A DNA stretch of 64,000 nt from an uncultured bacterium (GTDB taxonomy: Bacteria > Patescibacteriota > Minisyncoccia > Moranbacterales > UBA2206). Position 1 is the first letter of the stretch. Every line of letters starts with the position of its first letter. Position numbers and translations under genes: made by a program. Positions 27,222 to 37,294 of this stretch are shown piece after piece. The DNA is taken from positions 1,188-65,187 of the forward strand of contig CAIZXS010000023.1 in NCBI GenBank assembly GCA_903937035.1, read 5' to 3'. The notes beneath the pieces are model-generated. The model did not search any database. It was not told the DNA's origin and was given only the letters and a program-made list of their open reading frames with translations.

Positions 27222-27969
27222 AAATCTCAACACCATTTTTTGTGACCACAATAGTATCTTCAAAATGCGCACTAAGCCTTCCGTCTTTCGTCGCATATGT
27301 CCAACCATCCCCCAATACCTTTATATAATGAGTGCCCGCATTAATCATCGGCTCAAGCGCTAGCGTCATTCCTTCCTGCAGAATTATTTCTCGCATCGCA
27401 GAGGAATAGTTCGGAATTTGCGGATCTTCATGCAATTCCCTGCCTACTCCATGCCCAACTAATTCGCGCACCACGGAAAAACCCTGCAATTTAGCGTGCT
27501 TCTCAACTGCCTTCCCGTAATCACTCAATTTTGATCCAGCTTTGATTGTCCCCAATCCTTCATCAAGGCATTCTCGAGTTGTATCTAAAATTCTCTGCGC
27601 TTCAGTCGAAATCCTCCCAACGGAATATGTACGAGCCATATCAGTAATCATGCCTTTATACGTCATCCCGATATCTATTTTTACTAAATCACCATCATGA
27701 ACAATCCTACTTTTCTTGGGAATACCATGCACGATCTCATTATTTATAGAGGTGCAAATAGCGGCTGGAAAGGCATTACCCGGAGCTCCATAGCCCTCAA
27801 AAATTGGAAATCCTCCATTATCAAAAACAAGCTTTCTTGCTAGCTTGTTAATCTCGAAAGTATTTTGCCCGGGAATAATTATACCGCTTAATTGCTCCAT
27901 AATCTGAGCTAACAGTTTTCCGCCTTCGCGCATCGCATCTATTTCTTTTTTTGATTTGATGATAATCAT
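27208..27969 (-). CDS. map: Methionine aminopeptidase type I
   Basis: Conserved metal-ligand context (D..D..H..E..E) and overall match to map. Confidence 0.95.
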   Translation of the reverse strand: MIIIKSKKEIDAMREGGKLLAQIMEQLSGIIIPGQNTFEINKLARKLVFDNGGFPIFEGYGAPGNAFPAAICTSINNEIVHGIPKKSRIVHDGDLVKIDIGMTYKGMITDMARTYSVGRISTEAQRILDTTRECLDEGLGTIKAGSKLSDYGKAVEKHAKLQGFSVVRELVGHGVGRELHEDPQIPNYSSAMREIILQEGMTLALEPMINAGTHYIKVLGDGWTYATKDGRLSAHFEDTIVVTKNGVEILTRV

Positions 27970-28601
27970 AGTATTTTTAAAATATCCTCAAAAACTTCAT
28001 TTGGACTTTTAGATCCATCAATTCTGGAAACCAATTTCTTATTTTCAAAATATTCAATCACTGGAATCGTTTCCTCCATAAAAATACTCAATCTTTTTTC
28101 AATACCTTCCTTCGTATCATCCACTCTTTGGACCAACTTCCCGGAGCATTTTAAACAAATAAGATTTTGGTCATCCTCTTTCAAGACTACCGCTTCTTTG
28201 CATTTTTCGCAAGAAAACCGCTTTCCAATTCTTTTCAGCGACTCCTCTTTAGAAATATCCACAAAAATAACTCGATCAATCTTCCGGCCAAATTCCCCCA
28301 GTGCTTGCTCAAAATATCCTGCTTGATCAATATTTCTTGGAACTCCATCGAAAACGACTCCCTGTTCCCGTCCGAGATCATCAAGGCGAATATGCAAAAT
28401 TTCTCGCAATATTCGACTTGGCACAAGCGTTTTTGTCACATTCTGAATCTCGTAAACCTCACGCCCCAAAGGAGTGTCTAATTTAGCAACTTGACGCAAA
28501 GCGCAGCCAGTATCAAAATGATCCAAGCCAAATTTTTCTGCCAAAAGTTTTGCCTGTGTGCCTTTGCCTGAGCCTTGGGGACCCAAAATCACTAAATTCA
28601 T
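27966..28601 (-). CDS. adk: Adenylate kinase (zinc-lid type)
   Basis: GPQGSGKGTQ; lid CEKC...CLKC. Start set at MNLVILGP; the ORF-track extension MRRSLFCQNCYMVHAICY is read through the upstream element. Confidence 0.95.
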   Translation of the reverse strand: MNLVILGPQGSGKGTQAKLLAEKFGLDHFDTGCALRQVAKLDTPLGREVYEIQNVTKTLVPSRILREILHIRLDDLGREQGVVFDGVPRNIDQAGYFEQALGEFGRKIDRVIFVDISKEESLKRIGKRFSCEKCKEAVVLKEDDQNLICLKCSGKLVQRVDDTKEGIEKRLSIFMEETIPVIEYFENKKLVSRIDGSKSPNEVFEDILKIL

Positions 28602-28704
28602 ATAACATATAGCATGAACCATGTAACAATTCTGGCAAAACAAACTTCTCCGCATTAAGATTTAAGAGAAAGTTGTTTCATGTTTCATGTTTCATGCTGC
28701 ATGA
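28599..28704 (-). promoter_or_regulatory. Bipartite CATG-heptad element upstream of adk, immediately after the secY stop. Distal part CATGCAGCATGAAACATGAAACATGAAA; 43-nt spacer; proximal part AATTGTTACATGGTTCATGCTATATGTTAT+ATG
   Basis: Direct read of the sequence; same architecture as the dfx and rpmB copies. Confidence 0.55.
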
Positions 28705-29979
28705 TTAAAAGCCTTCATAATCCCGCATCGCGAGTTGTCCTTGCACCTGCTTGATTGTTTCAATCACAACCGAAACAACGATTAAGAGTCCAGTTCCACC
28801 AATAGAGATAGACCCGATATTAGTAAAGCTTTCCACAAAAAAAGGCAATATTGCGATAAGACCTAAAAAAACTGCGCCAGAAAGAGTAATCCGATTCATA
28901 ATACGATAGAGATAATCAGCGGTATTTTTTCCTGGACGAATTCCGAGAATGTAACCACCTTGCTTTTGCAAACTTTCAGCAATTTTATTTGGATCAAAAA
29001 CAACTGCGGTATAAAAATAAGTAAAGGCGACAACAAGAATAAAATAAAACAACCAATAGAACCAATTGCTTGGAGAAAAAAGCGCACTCACCTTCACAGC
29101 CAAGTTGGCAAGAGTAGTGTTGGAACTTTTCGTAAGAAAATTAGCAATCATTCCTGGAAAAAGCATAATAGAAAGTGCGAAAATAATCGGAATCACGCCA
29201 GCCTGATTGATGCGCAGTGGCAAATGCGTTGAAGTTCCGCCGTACATTTTATTACCCTTAATTCTTTTTGCGTAAGAAACGGGCATATTGCGCTGCCCCT
29301 CTGTCATAAAGACCACAGCAGAAATTGCCAAAATCAAAATAGCACCCAAGATCAAATAAGTAAAAATTTGTGACGAATCCGCTGTCGCATAAGTCTTGGC
29401 TATTGTCGAGGGAATGGCAGAAACGATTCCAGCAAAAATGATGAGCGAAACTCCATTGCCAACACCTTTTTCCGTGATTAGCTCGCCTAGCCACATAAGG
29501 AATATCGTTCCGGCAGTGGCAATTACCATCATCGAGATCACGCTTGTCGCTCCAGTCGCGGCAATAATTCCTTGCGAACGAAAAAGTGCAATCATGCCAA
29601 AAGTCTGCATCGCAGCGAGAGGCACCGTTGCCCAGCGTGTCCATTGATTAAATTTCTGTCGCCCAGCCTCTCCCTCTTCCTTATATATTTTTTCCAATGT
29701 TGGAACAATCATCGTAAGCAGCTGCATGATAATCGAGGCGGTAATATAGGGTCCCACGCCAAGCATTACCAGGGAAATACTCGACAATCCTTGCCCAGAA
29801 AAAAGATTAAGTAAACCAAAAAGCTCATTGCTCTCAAAAAATGCCTTGAGCCGATCCTGATCAACACCAGGGATAGGAATGTTGGCTGCCAAACGAAATA
29901 CGACCAAAAGAGCCAGAATAAAAAATATCTTATTCCTGAGCTCTTTAATACGAAAGATTTGAGTGATTTTAGCTAGCAT
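28705..29979 (-). CDS. secY: Preprotein translocase SecY
   Basis: 10-TM SecY sequence. Confidence 0.97.
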   Translation of the reverse strand: MLAKITQIFRIKELRNKIFFILALLVVFRLAANIPIPGVDQDRLKAFFESNELFGLLNLFSGQGLSSISLVMLGVGPYITASIIMQLLTMIVPTLEKIYKEEGEAGRQKFNQWTRWATVPLAAMQTFGMIALFRSQGIIAATGATSVISMMVIATAGTIFLMWLGELITEKGVGNGVSLIIFAGIVSAIPSTIAKTYATADSSQIFTYLILGAILILAISAVVFMTEGQRNMPVSYAKRIKGNKMYGGTSTHLPLRINQAGVIPIIFALSIMLFPGMIANFLTKSSNTTLANLAVKVSALFSPSNWFYWLFYFILVVAFTYFYTAVVFDPNKIAESLQKQGGYILGIRPGKNTADYLYRIMNRITLSGAVFLGLIAILPFFVESFTNIGSISIGGTGLLIVVSVVIETIKQVQGQLAMRDYEGF

Positions 29980-30001
29980 ACCCTAGTCACTGCTTTATTT
30001 T

Positions 30002-30457
30002 TTATTTCTCCAATTCCTCAACCTTCACCTCGCCACCCGCAGATATAATCGCTTTTTTGACTGTAACGCTCACAAAGATTTCTTTTTCAAAGATAAACTT
30101 TTTTGTCAGTTTAGCATTTCCGAGAACTTTTATTCCCAAGGGAATATTTTTCCGTGCGACAAGTTTCATATTCACCAAAGACTCCACACTGATTATAGCA
30201 CCATTTTCAAAATTCTTTTCGATGTCCGCAATTTGCACGATACTTCTTTTTTTAGTTCTCGAAGTGAAGCCACGTTTTTTCTTCATGTGATCAATCAGCG
30301 TTGAGCGTCCACCTTCAAACAAAGGATCAACATGTGCGCCAGAGCGCGCTTTTTGTCCCTTATTTCCCTTGCCGGAATATGTGCCTTTTTTGCCTCCACG
30401 TCCGATGGTTTTTTTCTTCTTCCTCGGCTGGCTCATTTGTAAATCTTGTCTTAACAT
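30002..30457 (-). CDS. rplO: Ribosomal protein uL15
   Basis: GRGGKKGTYSGKGNKGQKARSG. Confidence 0.9.
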   Translation of the reverse strand: MLRQDLQMSQPRKKKKTIGRGGKKGTYSGKGNKGQKARSGAHVDPLFEGGRSTLIDHMKKKRGFTSRTKKRSIVQIADIEKNFENGAIISVESLVNMKLVARKNIPLGIKVLGNAKLTKKFIFEKEIFVSVTVKKAIISAGGEVKVEELEK

Positions 30458-30484
30458 AAAATTGTAATATCAAATTGCGTATAA

Positions 30485-30988
30485 TTAATTGGCTTTAGCG
30501 ATTCTTTCCTTTCTTGTCTTTGATTCACTCAGCATTCCCAAGGCTTCCACAGTTGCCCGTGCCACATTAAGCTTATTAGCTGTTCCAAGGGACTTAGAAA
30601 CAATATCGCGAATTCCAGCGAAATCAACCACAGCGCGCACTGCCCCTCCAGCCACGATACTTCTTCCTTCCTTAGCTGGTTTCAAAATTACTTTTGCGCT
30701 GCCTTTTTTGTGATGCACTTCGTGTGCAATCGTATTATTTTTAATTGCAACAGTAATCATATTTTTCTTAGCATCATCAAAAGCCTTGCCAATTGCATCT
30801 GTCACATCCGATCCTTTGCCGACTCCAACACCAACCTTGCCTTTGCGATTTCCGATTACAAGAGTTGCGCGAAAACGAAATCGTCTTCCTCCCTTCACCA
30901 CGCGAGTAACACGGGCAAGATCCAGGAGTTTTTGTTCAAATTCCGGCTTTTCTTTTTTTCCTCTAAATTTTCTATCGTTCTTTGCCAT
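30485..30988 (-). CDS. rpsE: Ribosomal protein uS5
   Basis: Sequence match to uS5. It directly precedes rplO with no L30 gene between them. Confidence 0.95.
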   Translation of the reverse strand: MAKNDRKFRGKKEKPEFEQKLLDLARVTRVVKGGRRFRFRATLVIGNRKGKVGVGVGKGSDVTDAIGKAFDDAKKNMITVAIKNNTIAHEVHHKKGSAKVILKPAKEGRSIVAGGAVRAVVDFAGIRDIVSKSLGTANKLNVARATVEALGMLSESKTRKERIAKAN

Positions 30989-31010
30989 ATAGTTTAGTAA
31001 CTAAAAGAGT

Positions 31011-31358
31011 TTAAAATTTTAAGCCGCCTTCTCTGGCGCCTTCAGCCAAAGCTTTGACTTTTCCATGATATCTATATCCTGCTCTATCAAAAACTACTTC
31101 CGCGATTTTCTGTTCTAAGCATTTCGTAGCAATGAGCATTCCAACTGCCTTCGCCCCCGCAACATCATTTTTCACGTTTGCTGCTTTCGTATCAGCTGCT
31201 ACAAGCGTCTTTCCTGCTACGTCATCAATTACTTGAGCTTTCATTGAAAGCAAGCTACGAAAAACATTCAGTCGTGGCACGCTAGCAGATCCAGAAATCT
31301 TAGCGCGCACGCGTCTTTTTCGGTGTAATCTTAAATTGTTTTGGCTAATTTTATTCAT
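31011..31358 (-). CDS. rplR: Ribosomal protein uL18
   Basis: Sequence and position in the spc cluster. Confidence 0.9.
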   Translation of the reverse strand: MNKISQNNLRLHRKRRVRAKISGSASVPRLNVFRSLLSMKAQVIDDVAGKTLVAADTKAANVKNDVAGAKAVGMLIATKCLEQKIAEVVFDRAGYRYHGKVKALAEGAREGGLKF

Positions 31359-31377
31359 CTTCGTAAAAATATATTAC

Positions 31378-31920
31378 TTATTTGGCTCCAGCTTTCTTTC
31401 CAGCTTTTCGCCTAACTTTTTCTCCCGCATAGCGAAAGCCCTTGCCTTTATATGGCTCAACTTTTTTCAAATCCTTTATATTTGCTGCAAATTGCCCAAC
31501 CGCTTGCTTGTCAATTCCACTAATAAGCAGCCCATTATTCTCTTCCAGTTTTGCCACAATTCCATCAGGAATCTCAACTTCAACTGGATGAGAGAATCCA
31601 AGTGCCATCACAATTTTCTTGCCTTGAATCGCCATGCGAAAACCGACACCTTGAAGCTCCAACTTTTTCTCATAACCAGCGCTCACTCCAATAATAATAT
31701 TATTAACAAGTGAACGAGTCAGACCCCAAATTGCATTAGAACTACCATCTTCCTTGGCTTTTTTGACAATGATCGTTCCTTCAGATATTTCTACTAAGGC
31801 ATCCGGATGAACATTTAAAGTGAGCTCCCCTTTGGGGCCTTTTGCTTTTAATACATCCCCCTCGAGTACCACAGTCACTCCGTCAGGAATAGCTATTAAT
31901 TTTTTTCCGATTTTACTCAT
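31378..31920 (-). CDS. rplF: Ribosomal protein uL6
   Basis: Sequence and position. Confidence 0.95.
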   Translation of the reverse strand: MSKIGKKLIAIPDGVTVVLEGDVLKAKGPKGELTLNVHPDALVEISEGTIIVKKAKEDGSSNAIWGLTRSLVNNIIIGVSAGYEKKLELQGVGFRMAIQGKKIVMALGFSHPVEVEIPDGIVAKLEENNGLLISGIDKQAVGQFAANIKDLKKVEPYKGKGFRYAGEKVRRKAGKKAGAK

Positions 31921-31947
31921 AAAATTGATCTGCTCTTTAAATGTAAA

Positions 31948-32352
31948 TTACCACACCTCACAAATATACTCCCCGCCTAATCCTGTCTTTTTCGCATCAT
32001 GATCAGTCATCACGCCCTTGGAAGTAGAAATAAGCGCAACGCCATAATTATTTTTAACGCTTCTAACATCCTTACTTTTAACATAAATTCTTTGCCCTTC
32101 CTTGCTGATTCTTCTGATTCCCTTGATTGCTGGTGTTTTATTTGTATTAGAAATGATATAATATTTCAAAGTTATTTTTATCACATCAAAATCACCCTGC
32201 TTTTCTTTCGCAACGGCTTCGACGAAACCTTCTTTTTCCAAAATCTTAGCTAAAGCCATTTTTAACTTAGAAGCACTAATGGTGACAGTTTTATGTTCTG
32301 CCATCTGAGCATTCCTAATTTTGGTTAACATTTCTGAGATTGGGTCTAACAT
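31948..32352 (-). CDS. rpsH: Ribosomal protein uS8
   Basis: MLDPISEMLTKIRNA. Confidence 0.95.
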   Translation of the reverse strand: MLDPISEMLTKIRNAQMAEHKTVTISASKLKMALAKILEKEGFVEAVAKEKQGDFDVIKITLKYYIISNTNKTPAIKGIRRISKEGQRIYVKSKDVRSVKNNYGVALISTSKGVMTDHDAKKTGLGGEYICEVW

Positions 32353-32425
32353 ACTCTTTAAAATTCAAAATTTAATATCAAATCAAACTATACAATTACT
32401 CTTAATTTATTCTAATGAAAAATCT

Positions 32426-32611
32426 CTACCAGCTTGATCGCTTTACGCCAGGCAATTGCCCAGTACTAGCAAGCTCTCGAAAGCAGATCCTGCAGAGATC
32501 AAACTTGCGCATATAACCATGTTTTCTTCCACATTTCCAACAACGTCTCACGATTCTCGTGGAAAACTTTGGTTTCTTTTTTGCTCTAACTTCAACTGAT
32601 AATTTGGCCAT
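32426..32611 (-). CDS. rpsZ: Ribosomal protein uS14, zinc-binding type Z
   Basis: 61 aa; [20 protein letters not shown]. Confidence 0.95.
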   Translation of the reverse strand: MAKLSVEVRAKKKPKFSTRIVRRCWKCGRKHGYMRKFDLCRICFRELASTGQLPGVKRSSW

Positions 32612-32644
32612 TTTGCTCTATTTAATACTTATTATAAAAACTCT

Positions 32645-33193
32645 CTATTTATCGCGCTTCTCAAGAGGAAATCCGAGTAATTTGAAAAGCATCATTCCTT
32701 TTTCTTGAGTCTTTGCGTTCGTCACGACATTCACCTGCATTCCGAAAGTAGTCTTAACCTGCTCCGGGAGAATTTCTGGGAATATGAGGTGTTCCTTGAT
32801 TCCAAGATTAAGATTTCCGCCCTTATCCACTGATCCCAGTTTGATTCCATGAAAGTCTCTAATACGTGGAATAGAGGCGCCAACCAATTTTTCCAAAAAA
32901 TCCCACTTTCTCTTTCCGCGCAGAGTCACCTTGATTCCAATTTCCAACCCTTCTCTTGTCTTGAAGCCAGCAATTGACTGCTTTGCTTTTGTCATTACTG
33001 GCTTTTGCCCGGTAATCGCCTTTAGGGAATTAAAAATATCAGTGACCAAAGCAGAATCTTTAATGAATTTTCCAATTCCAACATTAACAACCACCTTTTC
33101 AATTTTTGGCACTTGCAAAACATTGCTCAGATTAAGACTTTTCTTCATTTCTGCGGCTACTTCGGTCTTATATTTTTCGTAAATAGTTGACAT
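32645..33193 (-). CDS. rplE: Ribosomal protein uL5
   Basis: Sequence and position. Confidence 0.95.
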   Translation of the reverse strand: MSTIYEKYKTEVAAEMKKSLNLSNVLQVPKIEKVVVNVGIGKFIKDSALVTDIFNSLKAITGQKPVMTKAKQSIAGFKTREGLEIGIKVTLRGKRKWDFLEKLVGASIPRIRDFHGIKLGSVDKGGNLNLGIKEHLIFPEILPEQVKTTFGMQVNVVTNAKTQEKGMMLFKLLGFPLEKRDK

Positions 33194-33218
33194 ACTTGTC
33201 TTTTAATTAACTTCTAAA

Positions 33219-33524
33219 TTAAATTTCTGCTTGACATTTCTTGCATACCCGGACCTTCTTCTCTCCCTCTGTTTTGTAAGCAATTCTTGAAGGCTTTCCA
33301 CACTTAGGGCAAACTATCATAGCATTAGAAATATCAATCTTTCTTGGTATCTCCACTCTTTGACCTTTTTCTCCTTCTTTTCTAGGTTTATTGTGTTTTT
33401 TGAGCATATTCAGACCATCCACAACTACTTTTTTCTCTGCAGGATAGACACGCAGAACTTTCCCAGTTTTGCCACTGTCTTTACCTGCAAGCATCTTGAC
33501 TAAATCGTTTTTCTTAATTTTCAT
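33219..33524 (-). CDS. rplX: Ribosomal protein uL24 with a C-terminal CxxC...CxxC zinc ribbon
   Basis: N-terminal KOW motif (KDSGKTGKVL); C-terminus CPKCGKPSRIAYKTEGEKKVRVCKKC. Confidence 0.9.
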   Translation of the reverse strand: MKIKKNDLVKMLAGKDSGKTGKVLRVYPAEKKVVVDGLNMLKKHNKPRKEGEKGQRVEIPRKIDISNAMIVCPKCGKPSRIAYKTEGEKKVRVCKKCQAEI

Positions 33525-33558
33525 ATAATTATAACTGCATCTTAAATCGTTTTCTTAT

Positions 33559-33924
33559 TTATAATACCTCTGGAGCAAGAGAAGCAATCTTAGCATATCC
33601 TCTATCTCTAATCTCTCTGGCAATTGGGCCAAAAATTCGAGTCCCCTTTGGTTCTTTGGCTTCCACAATCACAGCAGCATTTTCATCAAAACGAATATAT
33701 GAGCCATCCTTTCGACGAAACTCTTTTCTTTGGCGAACAATCACAGCCCGTACCTTATCACCCTTTTTCACCATTCCTCGAGGCTCAGCTGATTTAACGC
33801 TTGCAACGATAATGTCCCCAATTTGAGCAAATCTTCTTTTGCTTCCACCGAGAACCTTGAAGCATTTAATAACCTTAGCGCCGCTATTATCAGCTACATT
33901 CAATTTTGATTCTGCTTGTATCAT
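33559..33924 (-). CDS. rplN: Ribosomal protein uL14
   Basis: [17 protein letters not shown]. Confidence 0.95.
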   Translation of the reverse strand: MIQAESKLNVADNSGAKVIKCFKVLGGSKRRFAQIGDIIVASVKSAEPRGMVKKGDKVRAVIVRQRKEFRRKDGSYIRFDENAAVIVEAKEPKGTRIFGPIAREIRDRGYAKIASLAPEVL

Positions 33925-33928
33925 ATAT

Positions 33929-34180
33929 TTAAACTACTCGATAATTTTTATCCTTGCTAATTGGCTTGCATGGAACAATTTCCACGGTATCTCCAATCTT
34001 AAATTTATTCTCCTCATCATGAGCCTTGTATTTCTTGGTTGAACGGTATTTCTTCTTGTATTTAGGGTGCGTTTTAAGAGTATCAACGGCTACAACTATT
34101 GTCTTTTGCATCTTGTCAGAAACAACAACGCCCTTTTTGCGTGTAATGATCTTGGTTTTTTCAACTTTTTGACTATCCAT
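33929..34180 (-). CDS. rpsQ: Ribosomal protein uS17
   Basis: Sequence and position. Confidence 0.9.
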   Translation of the reverse strand: MDSQKVEKTKIITRKKGVVVSDKMQKTIVVAVDTLKTHPKYKKKYRSTKKYKAHDEENKFKIGDTVEIVPCKPISKDKNYRVV

Positions 34181-34190
34181 AAAATTATCT

Positions 34191-34415
34191 TTAAACTAAC
34201 TTATCTTCCTGACCAATTAATGTTATAATCCTAGCAACATCACGCTTGGCAGTCCTGATCTGTCTTATCCCCTTTACTTGCTTTGTTGCCAGCTCAAATC
34301 TGAATTTGCGAATACCTTCTTCTTTTTCAGCAAGAAGCTTTTTTAGTTCGGCAATATTTTTTTCTCTCAATTCCTTGATTTTCATAACAATATTCTTATT
34401 CCTCTTTAGTAACAA
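34191..34415 (-). CDS. rpmC: Ribosomal protein uL29
   Basis: Sequence and position. Confidence 0.85.
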   Translation of the reverse strand: MLLKRNKNIVMKIKELREKNIAELKKLLAEKEEGIRKFRFELATKQVKGIRQIRTAKRDVARIITLIGQEDKLV

Positions 34416-34809
34416 ATTTAGTTTTCAAATTTAACTTATGAGATGCAAGTCGCATAGCTTCCTTTGCAATCTCTATTTTCACACCATCCATCTCAAACAT
34501 AACAGTCCCAGGCTTCACCACAGCAACAAAATGATCCACAGCTCCCTTTCCCTTACCCATTGGAGTTTCATCACCCTTTTTTGTCATTGGCTTATCAGGA
34601 AAAATCCGAATCCAAATCTTTCCTCCTCTTTGCACATATCTTGTCATCGCGCGACGAGCAGCTTCAATCTGCCTTGAGGATACGAGACTGGCGCTAACTG
34701 CTTTCAAACCAAAACTACCAAAACTGATTGAGTTCCCTCGCATTGCATTGCCACGGATTGCTCCGCCTCTCTGCACTTTTCTATGTTTTACTTTCTTTGG
34801 CATCAACAT
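34396..34809 (-). CDS. rplP: Ribosomal protein uL16
   Basis: Sequence and position. Confidence 0.95.
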   Translation of the reverse strand: MLMPKKVKHRKVQRGGAIRGNAMRGNSISFGSFGLKAVSASLVSSRQIEAARRAMTRYVQRGGKIWIRIFPDKPMTKKGDETPMGKGKGAVDHFVAVVKPGTVMFEMDGVKIEIAKEAMRLASHKLNLKTKFVTKEE

Positions 34810-34821
34810 ACGCTTTTTACT

Positions 34822-35481
34822 TTAATTCGTTTTTTTAGTATCAAACACTTCACCCTTATAGAGCCACGCTTTCACTCCGATTGCTCCATATGTTGTAAAC
34901 GCTGTCGCTCTAGCGAAATCAATATTCGCTCGCAATGTGTGAAGTGGTAATGTTCCCTTCGAAAGCCACTCTCTTCGTGACATCTCAGCTCCACCCAATC
35001 TTCCTGACATCTCAATCTTAACTCCTTTGATCATGGTATTTTTCATGGCTTGCTCCAGCATCATTTTCATCGCCCTCCTAAATGGGATTCTTTTCTCTAG
35101 TTGCTCCGCAACATTCTGAGCTACAATCATGGCACTTTCTTCAAAGTTCTTGATTTCTTGTATTTCAATTCTCAGATCAGCTCTTCGATTACTTTTAAAA
35201 AAAGTGTTTTGAATATAGTGCTTAATATCTTCGACTCCGCTTCCACCGCGTCCAATTAAAACTCCTGGACGAGCAGTCTTTATAATAATCTTCACGGCCG
35301 CTTGAGATCTTTCAATTTCAACTTCACCAATAAAAGCTGCTTTCCATTTTTTCATCACTTCCAAGCGAATCTCAATATCTTGCTTGAGGTTTTTATTATA
35401 ATCTTTTTTGCTGAACCATTTGGATTTCCAATCTTGAGTGATTCCCAAGCGCAGTCCAACTGGATTTACTTTATGTCCCAT
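34822..35481 (-). CDS. rpsC: Ribosomal protein uS3
   Basis: KH domain; sequence and position. Confidence 0.95.
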   Translation of the reverse strand: MGHKVNPVGLRLGITQDWKSKWFSKKDYNKNLKQDIEIRLEVMKKWKAAFIGEVEIERSQAAVKIIIKTARPGVLIGRGGSGVEDIKHYIQNTFFKSNRRADLRIEIQEIKNFEESAMIVAQNVAEQLEKRIPFRRAMKMMLEQAMKNTMIKGVKIEMSGRLGGAEMSRREWLSKGTLPLHTLRANIDFARATAFTTYGAIGVKAWLYKGEVFDTKKTN

Positions 35482-35503
35482 AGGTATTTGCGTTTAAATA
35501 AAT

Positions 35504-36079
35504 TTACATTGACTTCCGTCTAAATATCTTATTTTTCCAACTCTTCGGTTCTTCGGCAGTTTTCTTCGTCTTGTCCGCACTCTTTGTTTTGACTTCAGCT
35601 ATCTTTTCTGTCTTAGCATCCTTGACCTCATCTTTCTTCTCTTCTTTTTTTCTTTCCTCTTCTTTTCTCAGCTCTTGAGTTGCTTTTTTAACTTTTTCAG
35701 CTTTTTCTTTCTCCATCTGATCCTTACTCTTCCTATCCTTGCCTTCAACTCTTTCTTCTAGGACAATCCGCACCTTCGAAGTTCTTTTTAAAATCTGTCC
35801 GGCACGGCCATATGCTTTTGGCATCCACCGCTTAAGCGTTGGTCCAGCACCGACGACCGCGTCTAATACATAAAGATTGCTTTTCGAAAGGCCAAAATTG
35901 TTCTCAGCATTGGCAATAGCACTCAATAAGAGTTTTTGCATGTACCCGCTAGTTTTCTTAATCGCTACATCAAGTTGAGCAACCGCCTCGATAGCGTCCA
36001 TTCCCTTAATCAAATCAGCGACCAATTTCACTTTGCGCGGAGAGATTCTTAAATTGTTTAATTCTGCTGTAACTTTCAT
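35504..36079 (-). CDS. rplV: Ribosomal protein uL22 with a ~70-aa K/E-rich C-terminal tail
   Basis: L22 core followed by EEERKKEEKKDEVKDAK... Confidence 0.9.
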   Translation of the reverse strand: MKVTAELNNLRISPRKVKLVADLIKGMDAIEAVAQLDVAIKKTSGYMQKLLLSAIANAENNFGLSKSNLYVLDAVVGAGPTLKRWMPKAYGRAGQILKRTSKVRIVLEERVEGKDRKSKDQMEKEKAEKVKKATQELRKEEERKKEEKKDEVKDAKTEKIAEVKTKSADKTKKTAEEPKSWKNKIFRRKSM

Positions 36080-36091
36080 GTGATTTCTCTA

Positions 36092-36436
36092 TTATTTCTT
36101 CTTAGTAGTATCTGACGCCTTGGCAGCCTTAGACGCATCAGCTTCTTTTTGTTTCGCAGCTGTTTCCATTTCCTTTTGCATCTTGCCTCCGTGCCGAGTA
36201 AATTTACGTGTTGGGGAAAATTCTCCGAGTCGGTGCCCTACCATCTCTTCTGTCGGGGTTACGGAAATAAATATTTTTCCATTGTAGACACCAAAAGTAA
36301 AACCAACCATTTCCGGAGAGATAACTGCTGCGCGAATCCATGTCTTTATCACGCTTCGATCTCCTGGCTTCTTATCAAGCACTTTTTTGATTAATCTTTC
36401 GTCCACATAAGGACCTTTTTTCAGGCTTCGTGTCAT
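36092..36436 (-). CDS. rpsS: Ribosomal protein uS19 with a short charged C-terminal tail
   Basis: S19 core plus the tail [20 protein letters not shown]. Confidence 0.9.
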   Translation of the reverse strand: MTRSLKKGPYVDERLIKKVLDKKPGDRSVIKTWIRAAVISPEMVGFTFGVYNGKIFISVTPTEEMVGHRLGEFSPTRKFTRHGGKMQKEMETAAKQKEADASKAAKASDTTKKK

Positions 36437-36439
36437 ATA

Positions 36440-37273
36440 TTATTTCCGCTTAACTCTTCTTTTGATTATATACTTATTGCTATATTTTTTCCTCTTTCTT
36501 GTCTTCTTTCCAAGTGCTGGCTTTCCCCAAGGAGTTTTAGGATGTTTAAGCCCGATTCCTTGGCGTCCTTCGCCTCCTCCGTGTGGATGATCAACTGGAT
36601 TCATCGCCGATCCACGAACAGCGGGGCGTTTATTAAGCCAGCGACTCTTACCAGCTTTTCCAAGATTTATAGAATTACTTTCGAAATTGCTAGCTTGTCC
36701 AATTGTTGCATAGCATTCATTGCTAACGAGTCGGATTTCCCCAGAAGGCAATTTGATCTGAGCTGTTTTATCATCCACAGCCGTAAGACTAGCTGAGCTT
36801 CCAGCGCTTCGAACAATTTGTCCACCATGCCCTGGAAACAGCTCCAAATTACAGATAGTCGTTCCAACTGGAATATTTTTTACCTTAGCACGATTCCCCG
36901 GCTTTACTGGAGCATTTTCCGCAGACATCACCTCTTGTCCCTCTCGCATTCCTTCTGTCGCTAAGATATAACGCTTTTCCCCATCAGCATAATTCACAAG
37001 AGCAATAAAGGCTTTTCTGTTGGGGTCTTTTTCGATTGCAGCTACTCGTCCAGGTATACCAAGCTTGTCTTGTAAAAAGTCTACAATACGATATCGCTGT
37101 TTATTTCCACCTCCCTGATGACGAACTGAAATTTTTCCATGTGAACGCCCAGCTAATTTACCTTGTTTTGCTAAAAGGGCTTTTTCCGGCTTTTTCTTTG
37201 AAATATAATCAACCTTAACAATCGACATATTTCGACGTCCAGCGGTATTTTTTTTGTAAATCTTAATTGCCAT
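36440..37273 (-). CDS. rplB: Ribosomal protein uL2
   Basis: Sequence and position. Confidence 0.95.
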   Translation of the reverse strand: MAIKIYKKNTAGRRNMSIVKVDYISKKKPEKALLAKQGKLAGRSHGKISVRHQGGGNKQRYRIVDFLQDKLGIPGRVAAIEKDPNRKAFIALVNYADGEKRYILATEGMREGQEVMSAENAPVKPGNRAKVKNIPVGTTICNLELFPGHGGQIVRSAGSSASLTAVDDKTAQIKLPSGEIRLVSNECYATIGQASNFESNSINLGKAGKSRWLNKRPAVRGSAMNPVDHPHGGGEGRQGIGLKHPKTPWGKPALGKKTRKRKKYSNKYIIKRRVKRK

Positions 37274-37294
37274 ATTTGCACTCTTTAGACTAAA

